Positions 22,701 through 30,211 of a stretch of DNA of 64,000 bases are shown piece after piece. Origin of the DNA: Armatimonadota bacterium (GTDB lineage: Bacteria; Armatimonadota; Fimbriimonadia; Fimbriimonadales; GBS-DC). A model generated the notes under the pieces. It had not been told where the DNA came from. It worked only from the letters and a program-made list of their open reading frames with translations, and made no database searches. A program made the translations under genes and the position numbers. The stretch lies in the NCBI GenBank assembly GCA_037444405.1, contig JBBIML010000014.1, forward strand, positions 45,689 to 109,688. The letters are read 5' to 3'. Position 1 is the first letter of the stretch, and the number at the start of each line of letters is the position of its first letter.

Positions 22701-25252
22701 ACTACGAGAACACAGCCAACAAATCCAAAGTCCTCTACCTTGCTTTCGGGCTGGAAGGTGTTGACTCGGGCTATGAGGATATTGGCGGCATCATCTGGTG
22801 CAACGCCTTCCGCAATAAGGTGCTGCATAACGCTTTCGGCTGGATGACGCACAGCGTGCTGCGCGGCGTCGTGCGCGAGTACGACCCTGAAACCCGCACC
22901 TATCGACCGTTGCCGCGAGCCTTCGTGCGAGTCACGGGCATCCTGCCGCCCAGCGTCAACGGCGTGGAGGTGGGCTACGCCATCACCGACTCGGCAGGTG
23001 AATACACCATCTTCGGAATAGAGGCAGGGCTTTACCTGGTGGACGCCATTCGCCCTGGCTATCGTGTGCAGCACCCGGAGACCGTGATTTTAGTCGCGCA
23101 GGAGTTTGAGCTGAATCTGGTGATGCTGAAAGTGCCGCCCGGGCAAATCAGCGGTCAGGTTATCGATATCAACAATCAGCCCGTGCGCTATGCCCTGGTA
23201 CGAGCCACCAATGTGGACGACCCAACCCTCACCATCGAGGTGTTGAGCGATCCCGACGGCAATTTCCTGATGCCACGCGTGCCAGTGGGTACCTGGAATG
23301 TGACCGTGGTCTCGCTGGCGCTGGGTGGCTACACATTACCGCCCATCCGCCCGCAGCCCGATGGCGTGTTCCGCAATGTGCAGGTGCAAGCAGGTCAGAC
23401 CACGCAACTGCCTGAACCCTTCGTGCTGGAGCCACTGCCGGGCACCATTCGCGGGCAGGTCACCCGCGCCGATAACGGGCAGCCGATTCAGGGCGCGCGC
23501 GTGGTCGCCGTCGCCAATAATGTGGAGCGCGGCTCCGCCACCACCGACGCCAGCGGCAACTACAGCTTCGAGGTGCCCGGCGGCGAATACCAGGTGACGG
23601 CGACGGCGCCCGGATTTGCGCCCAGCACGCAGACTGTCACCGTGCCCCGCGAAGGTGAGGTGGTGGTGAACTTCCAGCTGGCAAAGCTGCCGCCAGGGCG
23701 CGTGACGGGGCGCGTGGTGCGCAAGTTCGGCGGCGCACCGGAGCCGGGTGTTAAGATCGAACTGCTATTTGGCAATACATCCATCTACAGGGCGACCACC
23801 GAACCCGACGGCACCTACACTATCGACCCTGTGGAGCCGGGCGACTATGTGGTGCGCCCGACCAAGACGGGGTTCACCTTCGAGCCGCCCACACGCACTA
23901 TCACGGTTCAACCGAATCAGACCACAACGGTGCCGGACTTCAAGTCGCAGCCGTTGCGCACCTTCTTCCGCGGGCGCAGCCTGGTGTCGGCGCCGTTCGA
24001 TTACAGTCAGGATATTGCCGACCTGCTCGATGTGCCGCCCGACCAGCGGCGCTTCCCCAACTTCCGATTCTTCACCTGGGACACGGTGAACAGCCGCTAT
24101 ATCTTCTATCCTGACGCGCCTGCCAACCGCTTCGCGCTCGGACGCGGCTACTTCATCGAGACCACGCAGGACCTGCCGCTGGCAACCGAAGGCACACCCG
24201 CCGACGAGAGCCAGAGCTTCCCGATACCTCTGCGACGCGGCTGGAACCTGATTGGCACGCCGTTCCGATTCGACATCGACTGGGAGCAGACCCAGGTGAT
24301 TGACCCCGACACCAACACGCCCATCTCCAACGCGACGGCAGTCGGCAAGCAGATTATCGCGAACGCGCTGTGGGGCTATGCGTTTGGCACCTACAACGCC
24401 ACTCGCCGCATGAAAATCTGGGAGGGCTACTGGGTCTACGCCTATAAGGACACCACGCTGCTGATCCCGCCCACAGCGCGGGCGCGCTCGGCGGTCAGTC
24501 GCAGCGTGGACGCACCGACGCCGGGGGGCTGGACGCTCGCGCTGCAGGTGCAATCGGGCGAGCTGATGGATCAGGCGTACATCGGCGTCTCGCGCGGCGC
24601 ATCGCCGGGCTATGACGCCTCGCACGACCTGCTCAAACCGCCGCCCGTTGGGCGCGACTATGTGTATATCAGCATGCCGCGCCTGAACTGGGGCGCGCAG
24701 AGCGGCATGTACGGCGTGGATGTGCAGGCGCCCTCGCGCAGCGCAAGCTGGGAGTTCACCGTCGAGACCACCCAGCCCAATCGCGAAATCACCCTGCGCT
24801 GGCCCAACATCCACCTGCTGCCCCGCTCGGCGAACCTGGTGCTGGTGGACCTGCAGACGGGCGCCCGCCGCTACCTGCGCACCACTGGCTCCTACACCTT
24901 CCGCAGCCCGCAAAACGGTGTCAGCCGATTCCGAATCGAGCTGGCGTCCAGTGCAGGGCTGCTGCGGATTGGCAATGTGCAGGTTACGGGCGGTCGCGGC
25001 AACCAGCGTACCATCACCTTCACCCTGACGGGCGAGGCGAGCGTGGAGGTCAGCGTGCTGGCGGGCGGCAGGGTGGTGCGCCAGCTGCTGACCAGCGCTG
25101 GACGCAGCGCGGGCGTACAACAGGTCAGCTGGGACGGGCGCGACCAGAACGGCATCGCGCTACCGCCTGGCACCTACACCGTCGAAATTCGAGCGGTGAG
25201 CGAGGATGGGCAGGTGGCACGCGCCGCCACCACCATCATCCTCACCCGATAG
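19790..25252 (+). CDS. Large exported protein: PD40/TolB-like propeller, carboxypeptidase-regulatory-like Ig repeats, shared C-terminal module with FlgD-Ig domain
   Basis: Signal peptide; EPAWSPDGSRVAF; repeats G.I.G.V...G.P..GA.V...TD..G.Y; GWNLIGTPF; WDGRDQNGIALPPGTY; ends IILTR; SD GAGGAGG. Confidence 0.85.
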   Translation: MAKRWWLILTALIIGSVAFGQNTASERPWEEVYRNRPNRHVLPNERPRTIPLQNYREVPPFSRWQGSLQWQKGGLFDPQRFHQQRQSQPQRSRAPRWDRDLTNAPTDELHPVYASRATRMFFASNATAVVDGRLANPGPYYHIWRGDLDDGSNPDLGQLTNYTQITGDTPDEQFSSQIQPSTNANGHLLAYASRSAAGSYNIIIRNLTTNQRVIITTDNNGVTQNLRPTLDPGGGLVIFSSNRLEAGETEADRRFRLYMARADGRPFDDGLFLKRLTTPAPGENDIEPAWSPDGSRVAFVRTFADGSSYIFMLDVRNLNIGQWTNFVDNNNNRPQDRQPTWTTDTDGSLRLVFASTRKSLDNQGRHQRQQPSNSVDTTNRIFDIYEIGTDIPEELGAVALSITADPSTPALARPNYPGDTEQLAGALYPTGAIRERNRVAYQSTRLNEQQNQGPHDIWETFRTDTIPPVMEILPVVTPKEVYPPGSNVTIRIRAVDFQSGLQFVRIQIKDPDSAEQDEEGLEHKIYLFSEEVVDQNIVIPVFIEIGQQAIHPETYEYKDPYVLAPLGFNGRLEDTLALRYVPDDPNNPDPTQSGWWEVTWRTPDVASDFYIDVIVRDNAGNEFLYDNISGFTTKIFTGGNRILLVSDYAAGQMFVQNRIGAVGNSAGRPTWLPVESYWTDNPTGKPPFDIAISPPGVPIIGDGAIPSPTVLLAFIRSDTLGSNTTYGNLYEIWRVQCRNPISPSVLAGYLPRYEREPTDLQGGFRTKLHAERIVVWASPYTGDLWAGAGHLLDPEIQTLLRSFLAGAGRLVVSGQDVAWALSLAGGTANEFLQQTLQAQFDTDAAQDVFLPIPYAYLRHQLDSDGLETNPDNNDPNPIAFNPGGMPIWFIEDDGTQGSPTNLQIADPATMLPNSVILRITPSPLIPGINSDGAWNQIWLDTIFTNPNERAPYKYTNPGITNDPQRQRAGTYYENTANKSKVLYLAFGLEGVDSGYEDIGGIIWCNAFRNKVLHNAFGWMTHSVLRGVVREYDPETRTYRPLPRAFVRVTGILPPSVNGVEVGYAITDSAGEYTIFGIEAGLYLVDAIRPGYRVQHPETVILVAQEFELNLVMLKVPPGQISGQVIDINNQPVRYALVRATNVDDPTLTIEVLSDPDGNFLMPRVPVGTWNVTVVSLALGGYTLPPIRPQPDGVFRNVQVQAGQTTQLPEPFVLEPLPGTIRGQVTRADNGQPIQGARVVAVANNVERGSATTDASGNYSFEVPGGEYQVTATAPGFAPSTQTVTVPREGEVVVNFQLAKLPPGRVTGRVVRKFGGAPEPGVKIELLFGNTSIYRATTEPDGTYTIDPVEPGDYVVRPTKTGFTFEPPTRTITVQPNQTTTVPDFKSQPLRTFFRGRSLVSAPFDYSQDIADLLDVPPDQRRFPNFRFFTWDTVNSRYIFYPDAPANRFALGRGYFIETTQDLPLATEGTPADESQSFPIPLRRGWNLIGTPFRFDIDWEQTQVIDPDTNTPISNATAVGKQIIANALWGYAFGTYNATRRMKIWEGYWVYAYKDTTLLIPPTARARSAVSRSVDAPTPGGWTLALQVQSGELMDQAYIGVSRGASPGYDASHDLLKPPPVGRDYVYISMPRLNWGAQSGMYGVDVQAPSRSASWEFTVETTQPNREITLRWPNIHLLPRSANLVLVDLQTGARRYLRTTGSYTFRSPQNGVSRFRIELASSAGLLRIGNVQVTGGRGNQRTITFTLTGEASVEVSVLAGGRVVRQLLTSAGRSAGVQQVSWDGRDQNGIALPPGTYTVEIRAVSEDGQVARAATTIILTR

Positions 25253-25260
25253 TGCGCTTT

Positions 25261-25289
25261 TGCCCGTTCCCCCGCGCGGGGAACGGGCA
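25261..25289. other. Intra-operon stem-loop
   Basis: 12-bp stem tgcccgttcccc/ggggaacgggca, 8 nt after the stop; no U-tract on the + strand. Confidence 0.65.
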
Positions 25290-25342
25290 GGAAGCAAGCT
25301 GTTCACAAAGAAAATAGACAACGGTAAGGAGGAACGACCAGA

Positions 25343-27142
25343 GTGAGAACACGGAGACGACGAATCTGGGCAAAACGCTGGAGTCTGGCGGGCGTTGCCA
25401 GCATGCTGCTGATGTGGCTGCTGGCGCCATTTGGCATGCCGCCGGCACAGGCACAGCTGGTGCAACTGCCGCGCATTGCGGTCATCGACTTCCAGAACAA
25501 AAGCGGCTACGGCGGCGCCAGCATCGCGCGCGCCGCCACCGACGCCATCGCCAGCGAGTACCAGAAAACGGGGCGCTATGAGGTGCTGGCGCGGGGCGAA
25601 ATCGAGCAGCAGCTCAAAGACCTCGATTTAGCTCCCCCGCTGAGCAAAACGGGCTACCTGCGACTGGGACGCGCCCTCCAGCTCGAATCGATTGTGGCAG
25701 GCGATGTGGAAGCCATCACCTTCACTGGCTCCCCGAAGCAGGCGCAGGTAACCCTCACGGTCAAGGTGATCGATGTGGCATCAGGTGAGCCGGTGAACGG
25801 CGCGGTCGTGACAGGCTCCAGCAACCCGCGCCCGGGCTACAGCGGCGACGACGATACCCTGGTGCTGGAGGCGGTGCGCAACGCCGCCTTCGAAGCGGTG
25901 CGTACCATCCTGAACTACACCATCCCTGAAGCGACCGTGCTGACCACCCGCGCGGGCAAGGAGGTGCTGCTCAATCGCGGCATTCGCGGCGGGCTGAAAC
26001 CCGGCATGGAGATGATTGTCATTCGCAACAACGAAGAGGTCGGACGCATCCGCATCACCGAAGTGTCCGATAGTGACGCCGTGGGCGTGATCATCCAGTC
26101 GCTGCGCGGCATCCAGACCGAAGACAAGGCGCGCGCCGTGTACGAAATACCTTCGGTCAAAGTCAAAGCCGGCAAAGTAGTTAAAGAAGAGCCGCGCAGT
26201 CGCGCTGAGCGCAACCGGGCACTCAAAGCGCTGGGTCCGATCCTTGTGCTGGGACTGATTGCGTTCGGCATTGCACGCGCTTCATCTGGCGGCAACACAC
26301 CCGTGCAGGATGTCCTCGCCGAAGCGGGTGCCGACGGCAACTTCGAACCCTTCGTGCGAGTCTCATGGAAGACCACCCTCTTCGCCAAGAGCAACCGCGA
26401 CCAGATCCAGTGGCAAATCTACCGCTCCGACTTCATCGATATCGACGGCAACGGCAATATGATCCCGGTGGGTGTGGTGCCGGGCAATCAGCACTGGTTT
26501 ATTGACACCACTGTGCCGCGCGTGGTGAACTACGCCAGCCTGCCGCGCGAGGGCAGTGAGGACCTGGGGCTGGAGGAGGTCGATACCGCGCCGGGCGTCG
26601 CGCCAGGACGATCCTACACCTACCAGCTGGCTCTGGTCTATCGTGAGGTGCGTGATGTGGCAGGTGGTGGCACGGGAGGCGGTGGCGGGCAGCAGGTGGT
26701 TTTCCTGCTGTCGGACCGTGTGCGCTCCGGGCAGGTGACCGTCATTCAGCCCGTGCAGCTGCTGACCCCTGTCCAGCGCAGCGAGGATGTGGACCCGAAA
26801 GACATCCTCTTCAGCTGGCTGGCATCGGAGGGCGCCAACGCCTACCGTATTGAGGTCTCCACCGATCCCACCTTCCGCGACCGCAGCCGAACCTTCGTCT
26901 CGGCGGAGATTCTCTCCACAGCGGTGGGCGGTAGCCCCGTTAGCCCGCCTGACCGAATCAATATTGAATCTGCGCTGCTGCAGCGGCTGGGACTGGCGGG
27001 TAAGCGCGTCACGCTCTACTGGCGTGTGGGCGCCCGCAACCTGAACGATAACCCCGGTCCAATACCGGGTCCGGGCGGTCTGCGCTATGTGTGGAGCCGA
27101 CCGTTCGAGTTCACCACGCAGGAGCTGCCGCCGCCACCCTGA
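25343..27142 (+). CDS. CsgG/FlgT-fold exported protein with internal hydrophobic segment and Fn3-like domains
   Basis: Signal peptide; RIAVIDFQNKS...TGRYEVLAR..I...LGRALQLESIVAGDV...VKVIDVASGE; FlgT-C-like VLLNRG...GLKPGM...VGRIRITEV; LGPILVLGLIAFGIA; ends PPPP. Confidence 0.75.
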   Translation: MRTRRRRIWAKRWSLAGVASMLLMWLLAPFGMPPAQAQLVQLPRIAVIDFQNKSGYGGASIARAATDAIASEYQKTGRYEVLARGEIEQQLKDLDLAPPLSKTGYLRLGRALQLESIVAGDVEAITFTGSPKQAQVTLTVKVIDVASGEPVNGAVVTGSSNPRPGYSGDDDTLVLEAVRNAAFEAVRTILNYTIPEATVLTTRAGKEVLLNRGIRGGLKPGMEMIVIRNNEEVGRIRITEVSDSDAVGVIIQSLRGIQTEDKARAVYEIPSVKVKAGKVVKEEPRSRAERNRALKALGPILVLGLIAFGIARASSGGNTPVQDVLAEAGADGNFEPFVRVSWKTTLFAKSNRDQIQWQIYRSDFIDIDGNGNMIPVGVVPGNQHWFIDTTVPRVVNYASLPREGSEDLGLEEVDTAPGVAPGRSYTYQLALVYREVRDVAGGGTGGGGGQQVVFLLSDRVRSGQVTVIQPVQLLTPVQRSEDVDPKDILFSWLASEGANAYRIEVSTDPTFRDRSRTFVSAEILSTAVGGSPVSPPDRINIESALLQRLGLAGKRVTLYWRVGARNLNDNPGPIPGPGGLRYVWSRPFEFTTQELPPPP

Positions 27143-27160
27143 GCGCGGCACGATTCTCAA

Positions 27161-27190
27161 GCCGTTTCGGGAGCGACTTCCCGAAACGGC
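27161..27190. other. Intra-operon stem-loop
   Basis: 12-bp stem gccgtttcggga/tcccgaaacggc. Confidence 0.65.
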
Positions 27191-27255
27191 ATACCCGTTT
27201 GAGCGTCTGAACAGATGAGCGTGCGATTGGGAACCAATCGGGAGGGAAGCAACCG

Positions 27256-30198
27256 ATGAGATGGATGTGGCGACTGTGGCTTGGATGGGTGCTGATTCTG
27301 GGCTGCGCAGCAGCCCAGACGCTGACACCTGACGATGTGGTGCGCGGCGAGATACTGCTGACGATGCGCGCGGGCACTTCGATAGAGAAGGCGCGCGCGC
27401 TGGCAAACAGCGTGAATGCCGATTTGCGCCCGATCCGCGTGCCCGACACCTATGTGCTGCGCCTGCGCGACCAGCAGGGCGTAACGGACGCCGCGCTGCT
27501 GGAGCGGGTTCAGCAGGCGGTGGAGCGGCTCAAAAACGAGCCTGATGTGCGGTATGTCCGCCCGCACTGGCGCGCCCGCCTGATGGATGTGCCCAACGAC
27601 CCGCGCTACGGCGAACAGTGGGCGCTTCCGATGATCCGCGCACCCGAAGCTTGGGATCAGGAAAAGGGGCAGGCAGGTGTCCGAATCGCCATCATCGATG
27701 ATAACTTCGAACGCAACCATCCCGATCTCGCAGGTCGCTTCGATCCGCTTTCGCGCAACTTTGAAGCCGACCCTCCCGATGAGAACATCGATCCCGCGCC
27801 CGGCTCCTTCTTCTCACACGGGACACTGGTGATGGGTGTAGCCGCCGCCAATACCAATAACGGCGTCGGGATTGCAGGTCTATGCTGGGAGGGAGTTACG
27901 GTCGTGGCGCTGACCACCACCAAGCAGAGCTCTGGCTTCCTCAACGGCGAGAATATCCTTGAAGCGATGCAGTATGTCGTGGATAACGCACGCGACGGCA
28001 GCGGCAATCAGGTTATTCACACTGTTAACATGAGTTTCGGTAGCGGCTTCCCTGACCCTCAGGAAAACAGCCTGATCCAGCAGATGTATCAGCGGGGCGT
28101 GGTGCCCGTCGCTTCAGCTGGCAACGAGAACAGCTCGAGCCCACGCTACCCCAGCGATTTTGATAATGTGATTCGGGTGTCCGCTGTTGGTCCCACAGGG
28201 CTGAAAGCTTCTTATTCGAACTTTGAGCGCATCGATCTGGCGGCGCCCGGCGGCGATCAGCAGTCCCGCCTGCAGGATGGGGTGCTTAGCACCGCGATAG
28301 GTGGCAGCTACGAATATGTGCAGGGCACTTCCTTCTCCTCGCCTTATGTGGCGGCGGCGGTGGCGCTGCTGATCTCGGCTGGTGCGCCCGTGCATGACCC
28401 CAATCGGGACCCCATCCCCCCTGCCCAGGAGGCGCTGCAGGAGACGGCTGACTCGCAGGGGCGGGCGGTGCCCGATCCAGAATTGGGCTGGGGCATCATC
28501 GATGTGGGTTCAGCCATTCGGGGCTTCGGCGGCGCCAGCATCACCATTGTAAGCCCCGCGAACAATACCTTCACCGACACCCGACGCATGCGAATCAATG
28601 TGATTGTGCGTCGCAGCACACTGCCCCAGATTCACCTCTTCTTCATGGGTGAAGAAATCCCGCGCTCGCAGTGGGAGCCGTTCGCCAGCGTCTCCAGCGA
28701 TGGCAAAACCATCACCATTTTCGGCTATGAGCTGGTCGCACCAGGTGAGGGGCGCTTCGACTTCACCGTAACAGCAGTGGGACAGGACGGCAACACAGCC
28801 ACGCAAACGGCGACGATTAATGTCCGCTCCCGTCAGCAGCCAGCAGGTCTGGCAATGTTCGCCACACCCTATCGTGTGAGCGGGGCGCCCGAAGAGATTT
28901 TCGGTGCGGATGCGATTCTGGCGCGCTACCTGCCATCTCAGGGGCGCTACGCGCGCTACTCTGGCAGCGGCACGCGCGAGCCGGAAGCGAGCTTCAATCC
29001 GCCCGGCGTGCGCGTGCGCCCTGAAGGGAGCGCGATTCCCACCCCGCCACGCGGACTGGGCTACTTCCTGCGCACGAACAGCCCCACCTTCATTCTGGGC
29101 GACGAGTTCATCGATCCGAACACCGCCTACCTGATCCCACTGGAGCCAGGCTGGAACATGATTGGCAATCCCTTCCCATTCTCGGTACCCTGGAGTGCGT
29201 GCGAGATCGAGGTGGAAGGGCAGGCAGGCGTGCGCCAGCGGCTCAATATCCTGGAGGCTGCTGACAAAGAGTACATTCGCCCGCAAATCTATCGCTACAT
29301 CACGCTCACGGGCGAATATACATGGCGCACAGCGCCGCTGGGCGAGCTGTTGCCCTGGCAGGCGCACTGGGTCAGGGTACTCAAGCCCTGCACGCTGATT
29401 GTGCCGCCGCTGGGCACAACCCGCAGCCGTGACGAAGCGGCATCCGAGAACCCGCGCGTTACACCGGACACGCGCGACGGCTGGCTGATCCGCCTCATCG
29501 CTCGCAGCGGCGACCGGGAAGACGCCAACAACTTCATCGGGGTCAGCCCGCGCGCCCGCGACGAGATGGGCAGCGAAGATGTGGAGAAGCCACCGCTGTT
29601 CCAGTCGTATGTGCAGCTGCGTGTGATCGAGCCGCGCAGCCGCGCTGCGCTCGCTCAGGACCTGCGACGGGCTGCTAAACGCCTGATGCGCTGGGAGCTG
29701 GAAGTTACCACCGACAAGCCCAACGCGGAGGTCACACTCCGCTGGCAACAGGAGGTGCCGCTGCCGACCAGCATGCGACTGACGCTGGTGGATAGCCTCA
29801 CAGGGCAGCGCATCTCGATGAATCGCCAGAGCGCGTACACCTTCCGCACCGACGAGAACAGTCGGCGGCGGTTTATTATCGAGGCGCAACCCTCGCGCCT
29901 GAGCCAGCTGCGCATCACGAACTTTACCATCGCCCGCACGCGCGGCAATCAGATCACTGTCCAGTACGCGCTGAATGCGACCGCCAGCGTGCAGGTGCTG
30001 GTTCAGGATTCGGCGGGGCGAACAATTGCGCGTCTAACAGGCGGTACCCGCTCGGCAGGGCTGAACACCGTCACATGGACAGGGCGCACCGATTCGGGTA
30101 TCGCCGTGCCGCCAGGCACTTATCAGATTCAGATTATCGCGACGGGCGAGGAGGGCGACACCGCCCGCGCTGTGCGCCCGCTCGTCATCACCCGCTAA
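27256..30198 (+). CDS. Exported S8 subtilisin-like serine protease with the shared C-terminal module and FlgD-Ig domain
   Basis: Prodomain; triad IAIIDD / SHGTLVMG / QGTSFSSPYVA; ASAGNE; GWNMIGNPF; ends ARAVRPLVITR. Confidence 0.92.
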   Translation: MRWMWRLWLGWVLILGCAAAQTLTPDDVVRGEILLTMRAGTSIEKARALANSVNADLRPIRVPDTYVLRLRDQQGVTDAALLERVQQAVERLKNEPDVRYVRPHWRARLMDVPNDPRYGEQWALPMIRAPEAWDQEKGQAGVRIAIIDDNFERNHPDLAGRFDPLSRNFEADPPDENIDPAPGSFFSHGTLVMGVAAANTNNGVGIAGLCWEGVTVVALTTTKQSSGFLNGENILEAMQYVVDNARDGSGNQVIHTVNMSFGSGFPDPQENSLIQQMYQRGVVPVASAGNENSSSPRYPSDFDNVIRVSAVGPTGLKASYSNFERIDLAAPGGDQQSRLQDGVLSTAIGGSYEYVQGTSFSSPYVAAAVALLISAGAPVHDPNRDPIPPAQEALQETADSQGRAVPDPELGWGIIDVGSAIRGFGGASITIVSPANNTFTDTRRMRINVIVRRSTLPQIHLFFMGEEIPRSQWEPFASVSSDGKTITIFGYELVAPGEGRFDFTVTAVGQDGNTATQTATINVRSRQQPAGLAMFATPYRVSGAPEEIFGADAILARYLPSQGRYARYSGSGTREPEASFNPPGVRVRPEGSAIPTPPRGLGYFLRTNSPTFILGDEFIDPNTAYLIPLEPGWNMIGNPFPFSVPWSACEIEVEGQAGVRQRLNILEAADKEYIRPQIYRYITLTGEYTWRTAPLGELLPWQAHWVRVLKPCTLIVPPLGTTRSRDEAASENPRVTPDTRDGWLIRLIARSGDREDANNFIGVSPRARDEMGSEDVEKPPLFQSYVQLRVIEPRSRAALAQDLRRAAKRLMRWELEVTTDKPNAEVTLRWQQEVPLPTSMRLTLVDSLTGQRISMNRQSAYTFRTDENSRRRFIIEAQPSRLSQLRITNFTIARTRGNQITVQYALNATASVQVLVQDSAGRTIARLTGGTRSAGLNTVTWTGRTDSGIAVPPGTYQIQIIATGEEGDTARAVRPLVITR

Positions 30199-30211
30199 CG
30201 GAGGAGAGACT

